Shown piece after piece: positions 1 through 12,686 of a DNA stretch of 64,000 bases. Under the pieces are notes generated by a model. That model searched no databases, was not told where the DNA came from, and saw only the letters and a list, made by a program, of their open reading frames with translations. A program made the translations under genes and the position numbers. The DNA is from Selaginella moellendorffii (lineage: Eukaryota; Plantae; Lycopodiophyta), in assembly GCF_000143415.4 (NCBI RefSeq), contig NW_003314284.1, positions 186,001 through 250,000 on the forward strand. Reading direction: 5' to 3'. Numbering within the stretch: the first letter of the stretch is position 1; each line of letters opens with the position of its first letter.

Positions 1-446
1 CATCTCGTTCTCGGCTTCTAGCACATGGGATGCAAACAATCTACCAGAAAAGGGAATCCTCCATTGCCTAGATCCTCTGTTAACTCAAATCACCAGGCCA
101 GAATCTGAGTTGTTCCTCGTGCTGAAAGCATAATCTGAATGCTTTCATCTTTCCACCACATCTGGTGGTTCATCTGGATCGCTACCATCTTATTTCTCTA
201 TAGGGCTCTCTGAAAATCAGCAAAACTCAGTCTCTGATACCATGTAGGAATTCTGGAAGAAGTCTCTGATGCATTATAATAAGTATATTCAGCAATGAAC
301 GAAAGGTCACAACTCTTAACTAGCTGATGTGTCCACTCCACAACACTAGGAGGACCTAAATACTCAACATTATACTGAAATTCAGGTCTGACTGTCTTCG
401 TAGGACTGGCCCCCATTATTTTTATTATTTCCATGCTTAAGTTTCC

Positions 447-1493
447 TTAGCATGGACATGTGATTCTAGTTGGTGTAGCAGTGAAGTTAGTTTCACAGGC
501 CCTTGGAACGAGTACAGTTGTTCCACCAATCATGATGGGGTATGGATTAGGCCGATTGCACTGAGTTCTGTATACTGAAGCATAGTTCCTCTGGAAGATG
601 ATTTGGTTTGGGCTTAAGGTTGCACCAACCTGGAAAGTACGAGAGATGTTGTTTGAACCCATAACATTCACCTGATTCACTTGATATGAGCAACTTGTAT
701 CATATATCTGAACCCCGACTGCACAAAAATCCACGCATCGCCCAATGACAGTGATTCCTTGCTCAAAGTCACTGCGAGATGCTACAAAAGCTGCAGACTC
801 CCCAGATCCCCGCCCAACATTTCTATCGTAATCGTTGTAGATTGACACCTCAATCTTCTGACTTGTGACACATAGGAACAATGTCTGGGCATCCAGCTTG
901 ATGGAATATGAGCACTAAGTTGAAATATAAGCCAAAAAAAGTTGAAAAATGTTAGTTTGGATTTGTGAAGGATATGATAAAGAATTATTTACCGTCCCCG
1001 AAGCTGAGCAACCAGGACACATCAGGAAATTTGATCTTGAATTGTACATGCATGTTGTTGGAAAGAGGAAAAACTGCCGATTGAAGCCAATGGCAAAATC
1101 ACTAGCGACGTTGAAACCGGGACACTCAGTGAGCACTTCACTTGAAAAACGGAAGAAGTACTCATTTTCCAACATTCCTTCACGAGAAACCATCACCAAG
1201 CCTGGAACCATTCTTTGAGGGGAGACGTTTATAGTGATAATGCAGTAGTCACAAGGTGCCATGACTGTTGCAGAATTCCCTCCACAAGAATCGCCTTTCA
1301 AGCCAGTGACTTGGGCAGAGTCGCCATTGAGATTTGAGAGCTTGACTGAAGCACTCTGTTCATTGCAGCTGATACGAAGACCGGTTGAGAAATCATAAAA
1401 TTCAATGGTGTAATTGCAAAGTTCTACAGCTGCAGATGGAAATAGTATGAGAGAAGAGCAAATCATGAACATAAGAAGAGTAATATCTTCCAT
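447..1493 (-). CDS. Secreted Cys-rich protein with two tandem PLAT/LH2 (ATS3/embryo-specific-3)-like domains; exons 1493-993 and 914-447, about 322 aa
   Basis: ATG at 1493 is followed by a hydrophobic signal-like stretch (MEDITLLMFMICSSLILFPSAA). A 78-nt GTAAAT...TTAG phase-0 intron (992-915) joins the two ORFs in frame. Both halves start with CxYxI (CNYTIEF / CSYSIKL), carry TV..(P/R)C.D(Y/F)C and end in CP(G)C. PLAT similarity is motif recognition only. Confidence 0.65.
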
Positions 1494-2028
1494 TTTTGAA
1501 TTATTGTAATTTATCAAAATAGTTTGCCCCTATTTAACAAAGAGGGAGCAGGCATGCAGCTGGCAGAATATTCTCGTAACTGATCAAATTCATTTTAATA
1601 CATTTTGTTATCATCCATCAATCAGTAAAAGTCAAGCCTACTAAAGCACTATACCCAACTCTTATTATCAAATTCAAGCCTACTACACTTCATTTTCTTT
1701 GAATCTTGGAGTGAATAACCAGCTCAGATTTTAAATAACAAAGTCAACTAGGTTTAGCTCCACAAACTTCCCATGAGACATGCATCACAATCCTTGCCTG
1801 TGGCAGTGCCACGAATGAAAAGTTTTTTGCCTTCCTCACTTGCAAAAGAAAATAAAGTTGGTTTAGCATTTAACACATTAGTGTTCTTTGCCTAACTTTG
1901 CTATTTGAATTTCTTCCCATGGATTTTATAGCCCACATTTGGCCACCACAAAAAATGTTCTAAGATCCTAAATTGATATGATAAAAAAAGTACAATTATC
2001 CAGTATGTATTTTATATATAATTTGTGT

Positions 2029-2189
2029 TGTGAGGGCCAAGTGTACGGCAACAATGCCATATACTAATATTAGGGTAGTGGGATTTTGGTAGCTATTGGA
2101 TTGGTTTCAATCCGGACCACTTGCTCCTGTATATAAGCTAGGGTTTTTGGGCTAATTAATATGCACATTCCATATTCCATGCACTCACA
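2029..2189 (+). repeat. 5' LTR of element A
   Basis: tgtgagggccaagtgtac...gcactcaca, a direct repeat of 20396-20570; contains TATATAAG. Confidence 0.9.
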
Positions 2190-2190
2190 T

Positions 2191-2206
2191 TGGTGGAGAT
2201 GAGGGG
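2191..2206 (+). promoter_or_regulatory. Primer-binding site of element A (tRNA-Ala-like)
   Basis: TGGTGGAGATGAGGGG 1 nt after the LTR, resembling the complement of the tRNA-Ala 3' end. Confidence 0.65.
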
Positions 2207-2408
2207 CACTTTTGATTGTCCATGGGGAGTGTTTAGATTTGGGATTTTGGTTTAGATCTAGCTTTTGGATCGTCTAAATTTAGTTTTTTCCATTTCTTTT
2301 CTTTTGTTCTTTCCTTTCAGGATTTTGGTTTAGATCTAGCTTTTTGCATTGTTTAGATTTACCATTTCCTTCCAGCTTTTTGTCATTTATCTTTCTTCGT
2401 TCGTCTTC

Positions 2409-4720
2409 ATGGCAGATCAACAATCTCCTCCTTTGACTCTGGAGCAACAGTTAGTACAATTGCTTGATGCTATGCGCTTGCAATTGAACAACCAAACTTA
2501 GTTGATGGCGGCGTTCACGGCACGTGGTACAACTCCTCCTACTCTTGGTGCCAATCCTCGCGTTCGGCTAGAGTTCTTTTGCGGGAATCCTGGGGATGAT
2601 GTGTACCATTGGTTCGATCACTTCACAGTGATTGCCACATATCATTCTTGGGATGATGCTCGATGTTTGCGTGAGTTTCCCATGTGTCTTCAAGGGACGG
2701 CATTGCAGTGGTACAATGGTTTGAGCGCAGCCACTTGTGGGGATTGGAGTGTTCTCCCGGACGTCTTCAAACGTGCCTTCAAACATGCCGACGACTGTGA
2801 CAATGTCTTCTAACAATTGCATCGTCTTTGCCAAGGGCCATCTGAGTCGGTGATGCAATTTGGTGTTCGTTTCCGAAGTCTTTTGCTTCGTGCGAAGCCA
2901 AATATGTCGGAGCGGATCAAGCTAGGAATGTTGTGGCCAACACTTCGTCAAGATCTTGTTGAACTTGTGCATGCACTTGCTCCCGCCACCCTTGACGATG
3001 CTCTTCGCTTGGCACAACGTTATGAGATGTCGCCTCTTCCACTTCTCGTTGCACATCCTTTAGCTCCACTTCCTGTGGGTGATGGTCATGTTCCAATGGA
3101 GGTTGATGTTGCTGCTGCTCGAGTCCAAGGCCAAGGGTGAGGACGTGGTCGTGGCCGTGATGTTCGCTCTAGGCATGTGATGAAGTTGGTTATACTTATC
3201 GGCGTTGTCAACGTTTTCCGGATTGGTGACCTCTATTTCCTGGGTGGAGACCTTGGCATTAGTAACGTCCCGTTGGTACTGCTGTAGTGGAAGGTTTGGA
3301 CGCCGAGATGCATCCAGGAAATGAGGAGTCGCGCGAGTAATGGAGGGACCTTGCGTGAATAAGTCAGTGACCCCTCCATCTTTCTTTCGGGAGTATCATC
3401 AAGGGGTTCACTCAGCACCAGTTCATCCAGTGTTTACTTTCCAAGCTCGTCTTTATAACAAGTTGTCTCCTATTATTCTCTCCGTGTTGGTTGATATAGG
3501 TTCAAGTTTATCTTCTATTGCTCGACTTGTTGCCACACATTGTTGTCTACACTTGCGTCATGCGGCGAAACTAGTTTTCATTCTTTATGGCAATGGCTGT
3601 ACACATGCATGTGCACGGGATGAGGCAGACCTGGTTGTGCGTGTGGGCGATCTCGAGCTTGAGTTGCAGTCGTTGCAGGTGGTGCCAAGTCAAGCTTTTG
3701 ACCTCATTTTTGGTATGGATTGATTGCAGCGCAATCATGCCAAGTGTGACTTTGAGGCTTCTCCTTCTTATCTCATACTTCCTTATGTTTCATCCATTCC
3801 TCTCACTTCCTTACCTCTTCATCCCTCTACTTCTACTTCTGTTTCTATTACTTTTGTTCCCCCATTATTTCCTCCTGTGTTTCTATCTTGTTCTGCTCTT
3901 ATCATCTAGAGCCAAGATTGCCACACGTCATCCGATTCCAACTGGGGATGCTCGTCCAATCAAGGTACCTGTTCGTCGTTGGTCACCAAAGGAGATTAAG
4001 ATTTTACGTGCAAATGTCAAGGAGATGTTGGAGAAGGGTGTTATTCGGAAGTTGCGGAGTCCTTGGGCATGTGAACCTCATCTTGTGACGAAACCTGATG
4101 GGAGTATTCGTTTCTGCATTGACTATCGTCCGTTTTACTACGTAACGATCCCAGATGTGTACCCTCTTCTTCACACTGCTAATCTTTTGGATCGTCTGGG
4201 GTGAAGTCGTTGGTTCACCAAGCTAGATTTTGCTTCTGGGTACTGGCAAGTACCGATGGCCGAAGAAGATATTCTTAAAACTGCTTTTCGTACACTATTT
4301 GGTTTGTATGAGTTCTTGGTGATGCCGTTTGGTTTGAAAAATGCTCTAGCAACTTTTCAACAGATGATGGACGAGGTTCTTTGCGATATACCAGAGATGA
4401 CTGCTGACTTCATTGATGATGTCTTGATCCACTCGGAGGGGACGTAGAAGGAGCACGTTCGTGATGTTTGTAAAGTGTTGGATCGGTTACGTGATGTTGA
4501 TTTAAAGCTGAAGCGGTCGAAGTGCGTGTTTGGATCCAAGGACACAACTTATCTTGGGTACCGTATTTTTCGTGAGGGTTTGCAAGTTGATCATGACAAA
4601 CTTGTGGCTGTTCTAAAGTTCCCTACTCCGAAGTGTGTGAATGATGTGCAACGCTTCTTGAGCAAGGTGCAGTATCTTGGACGTTTTGTGGATCAGCTTT
4701 CTGATCGCACTGCACCGTTG
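2409..4720 (+). pseudogene. Element A gag - aspartic protease - reverse transcriptase (stops and frameshifts)
   Basis: Gag LQGTALQWY and PMEVD; protease VLVDIGSS; RT KPDGSIRFCIDYR, VMPFGLKNA and FIDDVLI; cut after LSDRTAPL by element B. Confidence 0.92.
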
Positions 4721-5844
4721 TGAGTGAATATGACTTCGGGTATCGAAAGTTACCTGTCAGCTAGTCCTTTCGGATATTCTTTCCTTACTGCCACGACGGC
4801 AGGAGATCGGTGTTGCTGGACCCGTTATCAATTTCCCACTTGAGCTAGTTGAGAAACTGGTCAATGACCGTGTACTTAAATCGGATAAACATAAGGTAGG
4901 AACTCCTATGTGTTTTTAGCTGAGCATACTTAGCCTGGTTTGAGAAACTCCTGTCTTTGGCTTGCACTTGCTAGTATCAAGAACCCTCATGATATTGAGA
5001 TTGGTCCCTCAACATCGCTAGATGATAGCTTACCGTGTTTGCCAAACACCCTTGCTATCATGCCCTTTGTGTTAGTCTCATTCGGTCTTAAATGCTATTT
5101 ATGAAAAGTGTCTAGATTTGCTCATTTGGCATATCTACGGAATGTAAAGATTGTGTTGAACACAATAGTGTTCGTCCCGTGTCCAAATTCGCAATCTAAT
5201 GCCATTCCATATTTAGTAAGTTTCGAGCTTGTCCCAGAGATTAACTCCTGATACTAAGGGAGGCTTGGGGTGAAAGCCCAAAGCGTGTGTTCCTTAAGGG
5301 GGGGGGCTATGGGGGGTTCCAAAAGTATAGTAGGGATAGTGAGTAGGTCGGGCATGGCCGACCAACCTAAGGCATAGTCTAGCTCTCGCTTGCGTGCCTG
5401 TCCTTGTTCTGTGTTCGGCTTGGGTCTAAGCCCAAGTTCCATACCATGCTAGTTGGTGGGGTACTCATATCCTCGCGTTAGGCCACCTGTATGCCGAAAT
5501 AGCGCCAAACTTTGTTTGGCTCCATTTTGTGTGCTGGTCCTGGCATTGGGATGCTGGATACTCTAGGACTATTCCAAGTCGCTTCGTGCCCCTGTCTCTT
5601 CGCTCCTTGGGCTACATGCTCGGGAGTTGCTCCATGGTTCGGTTCCATCACTCCTTGGCTCCATGCTTGGGAGTTTTGCACCGTTCCTTCGTTCAGTGGC
5701 CCAAGGCCCTGAACCTCAGGTTCCACACCACTGTCCTATGGACATGTGGCATGTGACACATGGCATCTGTCACGTGGCATAAAGGGGGTTTAGGTTCCGC
5801 TTCGTGGTGTTATCCTATGGTAAATCACCATAGGATAAAGGGTA
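4721..5844 (+). repeat. 5' LTR of element B
   Basis: Aligns to 10312-10642 followed by 17548-18354; followed by the iMet PBS. Confidence 0.88.
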
Positions 5845-8800
5845 TTTGGTATCAGAGGATGAGTCTCAGCGAGTACTATACAATGAGATTGGGCAATTAA
5901 TCTTGTTGCATACGCAGAGATGAAAACAATGATTTGAGTGGGTATACGTTTGCGTGCAAAAGCTTCGCAATTGTTCCTTAGGTATGGATTTTGGTTACCT
6001 TTTCATACTAGAGTAATGAGCTTTCGCTTGGGCTCATAAGTTGGATGTAAGGTGTTCTGTTTTGCACGAGTTTGCACTTGGGCTCGTGAGTGAGGCACAT
6101 TAGCAACTCGAGGTTACACTTTGAGTTGGCAAGATTACTATTAACTTCTATGAGTTGTTCCAATGGTTTTATGAGTTGTTCCTTGTGCCATGGGACAAAG
6201 TAAACCTTCCCTGGGTTTGCAAAAGAGTGGCGAATAAGCTGGTCCGTAGCTGTTTAGCATGGCACTAGTGGATCCTTCCTAGGCATGATTATAAGAGGGA
6301 TCAACAAGACTGTAGGGATTAGTCTATTGGTTCAAGTAGTCATTGCCGTGCTCTCTCATAAACTTTTCTTGGATTGGACTGAAGGCAGTGCAAACACAAG
6401 CTTAAGGTTTAATCAAAATTGAGACCGAAAAGAGAGTCGTCAGGGACGAAGGATCAAACATGTAAATCATCTTCTCTTCTTGAAGAGATGATTTGCAATG
6501 AAGTGTAACTCATTGCTTGTATTCACATCATGCAATCAAGAGTCCTTACTTTAATGTATATTGGAAATGATGGTCTTTCAAATAGTGAGTTGTGGGATGG
6601 ATAGTGGTGAAGCATTAAACCATTTTGTCTAGGCTTGCTATTGAAGATGTGGGTTGCAATGCTCAATTCTTTTCCGGGGAACTTTGCTATTGCTCCTTGA
6701 GTAGCTTGGTGTTGGATTAGCTTTGAGTTTGATCAGAAAGAGAGTGGCATGAGCTTGTCCGTGTTGTGAATAAAAGTTAATGGTGTTGGGTGTTGTAAAT
6801 CTCTATTGGTGGAGTGTGGTATTTATGTTGTATTTTGTCGAGTCGAGTTAACACTTGATACTCACATAAACCTTTGTAATAATGACATGGGTGTTGCTCG
6901 TGGTGTTGCTTAATTGATGATCAAGTTATTGTGATTTCTTATATCATAACCATGTGATAATGAACAATGTGTTTACAAAGTTGCTTGGTTAAACGATGAT
7001 CAACCCTAAAGTGGTTGATAGTCTACTTGCACATAATAGCATTGTAGTAGCTTCGACTGGATTCTCGATGGTGGTCCATTATGCTAAGCTTAAGTTGGTA
7101 CTTTGTTTCCTTGAGGGTTTACCCATTAAGTGTTGGAAAGGGTTATAGCATTCACTTGCTATAGCTTGTTGGTTGATCTATTAGCACTTGGAGTAGATTG
7201 TTGGATGGAGAAGGTGTGGAGTTGAGGCATTGACATCACTAGCACTGGTGTTAGTGAAAGTGGCATTGTTATTTTGAGTGATGAGGAGTTCTTCTTAGAC
7301 CTTGATTTTCATGTCATTTTTCTTGTTAGTGTTTTGGCTTCACATTGGATCTTGAAAGTGGTTGAAGAAGAGTGTTAGTACAATGTGGATGTCTGAAGAT
7401 GTGGTCTTTGTGATCAAGCCTTAGATGTTCATTTTGCACTTTGCGAATGTCGGTGTTGGATGTCGGAAGTATGGGCAAAGATGTTCGATACTTTAGCATA
7501 TTGTTGGGTCATGAGAATTGGTGTTGAAGTGAACCTATGTGAAGTTGTTAGTAGGAGGAAGTTGGTTGAGTCTTGAAAGTTTGCATTCCTAAACTGAGAG
7601 TCATTCTTTCTCTAGGACGGAAATTTTCTACAAATTTTCTTAGACTTTTCTAATGGCTGATCTATTGATCACTTTGCTCGAAAACCATTCCGTTTTCGTA
7701 AGCCAATACAAACTAGTGAAAGGGTTGGAGTTGATTTCAATTAACTTAGACCTTAATAGGTGGTTTATATGATGCGACCCGAAAGGGATGCTAACTTTTA
7801 GGGCTAAGGCAATTGAGTTGGATAGAGTCTGGAGTTGGTATAGAAAAGTGGCCATTGCACTTTTCTAGAAAGGTGGCTCTTATACCTTTCTTCTGTAGCA
7901 TTATGCTTGGTGGCAGGTTGCACCTTGCATTTCATTATACTCTATGAGAGTAGTGAGCTCTCACTGATCTTGACTTAGTCTCGGGGTTTTGCGCCTTGGC
8001 TGAGGATAGTGATGTCCAACTTAGTTGTTTGAGGTTGAGATGTTGGTACCTGTACTATAGCCTTGTTCATGAGGAGGTTGTGTACCAATATGTGTCCATC
8101 TCATGGTCTTCACTTTAGTTTGATTATGCATAGCTAGCCTCTTCAAGGCATGCTCGGAGCTATAGGCTAAATGCATTAGTGAGCTTATTGCGGTTGAGTT
8201 GGATTCGAGTGGTCATTTAGTTCATGCTTGTCACATAAGATCTCTAGAGTTGGGATGATACAAANNNNNNNNNNNNNNNNNNNNNNNNNNNNNNNNNNNN
8301 NNNNNNNNNNNNNNNNNNNNNNNNNNNNNNNNNNNNNNNNNNNNNNNNNNNNNNNNNNNNNNNNTTCGTGCATTTGCTAGTTAGCAATTGGTATAAATGT
8401 TTAAATGAACTGAGTGGCAACTTGAGTTAATTGTGTTCTAGACGAGATTTTTTAGTAGAGGTTAAGCTTTGAGCTTTTCGTTGAAAAGTGATTTAGTCGT
8501 GGACTATGCTAACTCTACAAGTAGAAGAGTTAGTGATTGGTATTGAAGTGATTGAATCCTTGTTGGATTTCAATTGGGATATATCGATCATTGATAATTC
8601 TTCTTGTGCTTGTTATTAAGTGAGTTATGTCTTGCTAGAGATGGATTCATGGCGGATCGATTAGATGATCACTTGTTGAGCATAGCTTCATTATGCTTAG
8701 CTTTTGGATTGATGCAAAAATGCTCTTCATTAGCTTTGTCATTATGAAATTTGGCTTATGGATATGTTGAGGAGGATATTGTGGGTTATACCATGATTTC

Positions 8801-10311
8801 TTCTTTAGCATTGAAGTTAATTCATGCAAGACTTGTGATCATTGTTAGGCAAGACTTGGCTATAAGCTTTTTCAAGCTTTTGGTCTCTTGAGTTTTTATG
8901 CTCATTGTTCCATTAGTTAGAAGTTGTTGGGGAAGGCATTTTGGCTCATTAGCTTCGATGTTGAAGTTGGTTTTTGCATCTAGCAATCCTTGGTAATGAT
9001 TGACTATTATCTAGGATAGTTGATTGTCCTTGTCGAAAGGTTTTGCTTGATTGTTGTTGATATAGAATGATTTGCTATTCTTCGGGATGGTGAATTCTTT
9101 CTTCAATGATGATTTTGCATATCTCTTATTAATGGGATGATTGATGATCTTTCATGATGGTTCATTATTCTCTTTAATGGCTTATGGCTTTTCGCAATCC
9201 CACATGTTCTTTGTGGTTTGCCTTGGATTGGTCTCTTGGGTTTGAGATATTAGTAGGATGTTGCTGACACTTGTTTAAACAACTTGAGTTCCTTGGCATT
9301 ATTGATTGGGATCTATTTGGATTAGCTAGTGTGATAGTTAGCATGAACGAGTGTTTGTTTGTTTCGCAACATTCATTCTGTTCTGTTAATTGTTGCTAAG
9401 GTTGGTTTTGATAGATTCAGATGTTATTTCCTTTGGGTGATACATTCGTGAGCATTGTGTTTGCCAGTCGATAATACTTTGTGATCTTTTAGTTGTCTTT
9501 TAGTAAGTTGTTTAGTATCCTGTCTACAATCTTCGGTAGTTAAGCTTTCTCATTGAGTTTACTTGATGATATACTTGCTATTGAATTTTGTTCGATGGTG
9601 AATCCTATGTTTTCTAATGATAATGATCTTGGTTGATCCTATACTATATATTATAATACTTGTTTATCGGATGATAACTTACTTGGAATACTTTTGTGTT
9701 CTCATTTAAGATTTAATCACTGATAATTAAGACTCTCAGATATCATTGTTTATGACTTTGATATTGTCCATTTATTGATCTTTGAGTTTGGGCCAGTATA
9801 GGCAGACTGGCTTCAGCACTTCGTGTGCATGCTGAAATCTCTAGTCATGGGGTAGCTACTGTCGACTGGTCATATCACTCGCCTCTCTGTCGATGTTTCT
9901 TATGTCATTAAAAGGGCGTGACTGTGTAAACAACTCTAATTGCCTGTTTACAGTAGTCTATCTAAACCTTACCGACAGGTTTGGTTTCTTTGTTCATAAG
10001 AGTTGGGGCCTCTGGCTTCTCTCTCTATATCTTTGCGGGCAGGGGCATATCACACTTTTGTAGCTAGGTGACATCCAGAGCAGCAAGGGTGGCTAACTCC
10101 ATTGGTCATTTCCTTGTCAGCGACAACCGGAAGGTGTCTAAGTTGGTAGCGCATCCGCGTTAGACAAAGAGGTTACCCCTAACTCATTTAAGTTGGTGCA
10201 TTTCTCACATAGTGTGAGTACTGTGAACTTTTTCTAGAGTTGTTTCCTTAGTGGTATTCTAGACTCGAGTATGCATCGACGAAGACGTCGATCTTCCCTA
10301 GGGGGGGAGAG

Positions 10312-10642
10312 TGTCGCGAATGTGACTTCGGGTATTGAAAGTTACCTGTTGGCTAATCCTTTTCGATATTCTTTCCTTACTACCACGACGGCAGAAGATC
10401 GGTGTTGCTGGACCCGTTATCAGTTTCCCACTTGAGCTAGTTGAGAAACTAGTCAATGACTGTGTACTTAAATCGAATAAACATAAGGTAGGAACTCCTA
10501 TGTGTTTTTAGCTGAGCATACTCGGCCTGGTTTGAAAAACTCCTGTCTTTGGCTTGCACTTACTAGTATCAAGAACCCCCGCGATATTGAGATTGGTCCC
10601 TCAACATCGCTAGATGATAGCTTATCGTGTTTGCCAAACACC
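10312..10642 (+). repeat. 3' LTR of element B, first part (interrupted by element C)
   Basis: Matches 4721-5050; preceded by the PPT. Confidence 0.88.
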
Positions 10643-11707
10643 TGTACACGACTAATTTTTCCATTCTACTTTAGTCACTTAACCACACCTCCGACCACTT
10701 GGAGGAGTCTCATTCACAACCTCCATCAGTCCAATTCAGGACTTGGGACTTGCTAGCCCCGAGAATGGCATCCATGCCACTCAACATTTGCACTTGGTCC
10801 AAGTGCTCCACGTGTCCGATCCCATGACCGACACTCAAAGGTACTACCGACATGGCAGCTTGTTATGCTAAGGCCATGCCCAATCACCTTTGCCACACTG
10901 GTAGTCCAATACCACTTGCATCACAGTCTTGGCTCTCCAAGACTAGGCAAACCATCCGTGAGTGGTCATCTCAGATCCACTCCTTAGCATCCTTAGGATG
11001 CCCACCGACAAGGGGAATAGCCTTCCCCAATATCCCTCTGTCAGTCCCCACTAAGTCCCTTTTTGCCCTTGGCCGTGTTTGCCAACACTACCACTGGATC
11101 GAGGCCCACAGGCCCGACCACTAAGTCCCACGGTCCTCTGGGACTTCCTCACCGCACGACTGTGTCCTTGGTCACTGCCCCAGAGGACTACTCCTCTTCC
11201 TTTCCACAGTCTGGGCCTTTGGGATAACATTTCGGAACACTGTGGCCTTACGCGAGCCACCTGGGTACTCTCCCCGCCTTCCGCCCTTGGGTGCTCTAGC
11301 CATGGGCTTAGAGTGAGGTTCCGTTGAGCCACGCCTGGTATCCGAGTAGGTAGTGCCACCCACACTTGGACTAGGAGCATCGGCCAGTCGATCTCCCGGG
11401 GGAACTAGAGCCGGCTCTTGAACACTTCACCAAGCTACCTCGCTTGTCAGTCCGTGTTCACTCTAGTCTTGGACTTCCCAGTGGTCAGCTCATCACCCAA
11501 CACTGGGTCTGGCCTTCCTGGGCCAAACTGGCCTTTCCTGGCCAAACTGGCTCCACTGGGCTCCAACCCCCACACTCTCCCTACTATACTTTTGGAACCC
11601 CCCGCAANNNNNNNNNNNNNNNNNNNNNNNNNNNNNNNNNNNNNNNNNNNNNNNNNNNNNNNNNNNNNNNNNNNNNNNNNNNNNNNNNNNNNNNNNNNNN
11701 NNNNNNN

Positions 11708-12258
11708 CGGACTCGGACTCGGTCTCGGTCCCGGTTTCGGACTCGGACTCGGTCTCGGTCTCGGTTTCGGCCTCGGTCTCGGTCTCGGTCTCGGGTCCAT
11801 CTCGGACTCCATCTCAGACTCCATCTCGGGTCCATCTCGAACTCCACCTCGGGTCCATCTCGGACTCCATCTCGGGTCCATCTCGGACTCCATTTCAAGT
11901 CCATCTCGGACTCCATCTTGGGTCCATCTCAGACTCCATCTCGGGTCCATCTCGGACTCCATCTCGGTCCATCTCGGACTCCATCTCGGACTCCATCTTG
12001 GACTCCATATCGGACTCCATCTCGGACTCCATATCGGACTCCATCTCGGACTCCATCTCGGACTCCATATCGGACTCCATTTTGGACTCCATCTCGGACT
12101 CCGTATCGGACTCCATTTCGGGTCCATCTCAGACTCCATCTCGGACTCCATATCGGACTTCACTTCGGGTCCATCTCGGACTCCATATCGGACTTCACTT
12201 CGGGTCTATCTCGAACTCCATCTCGGACTCTATATCGGACTCCACTTCGGGTCCATCT
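11708..12258. repeat. Hexamer (CTCGGT)n plus 12-bp (CTCGGACTCCAT)n satellite within the left LTR of C
   Basis: Visible tandem array; it generates the spurious SISD/RTPS/WSPR ORFs. Confidence 0.95.
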
Positions 12259-12561
12259 CTAGAGCCTCGCTTATGGCTCGCTTCGTGCTCATTCCTCGAG
12301 CACTTTGTTGGGAGTTCCACTCCCGCTCTCGACCTTTCAAGTCGGAGCTTTTAGTCCAAACGTGTTACACTCGTTTGGCTTTCGCTTCGGCCACTACCAC
12401 GTGGCACCCTTCCAGCTCCACTTTGGGGCCTAGGGATTTTGTGTCTCACAACTCCACCACCCATAAACAAAGTTCGATGTCCTCATCGAATGGTGAACCA
12501 TTTTATAAAGTAACACCCACATGTGTTACCATTTCCATCTTTGGCGCGTAGCTAATATTTG

Positions 12562-12686
12562 TCAATGGTTTGACATTGAAGGCTCACCATGCCTTCTCCA
12601 TATTCGTCAATGGTTGGACATTGAAGGCTCACCATGCCTTTTGCATATTCCTCAATGGTTTGACACCAAAGGCTCACCATGCCTTA
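12562..12686. repeat. Three tandem copies of an about 45-bp unit in the interior of element C
   Basis: tcaatggtt(t/g)gacattgaaggctcaccatgcctt repeated three times. Confidence 0.85.

Noticed and set aside
1-434. 78-aa minus-strand ORF with a stop-interrupted continuation
   Set aside because: No recognisable motif; possibly a decayed fragment cut by the window edge
447-1517. Endogenous viral glycoprotein interpretation
   Set aside because: A canonical spliceosomal intron, an internal domain duplication and no TM anchor favour a host secreted protein
11708-12258. CRISPR-like regularity
   Set aside because: No unique spacers, no cas genes, eukaryotic LTR context
11418-12551. Long ORFs on both strands (also 16685-17446)
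   Set aside because: Products of stop-free 6- and 12-bp tandem repeats and N gaps inside LTRs
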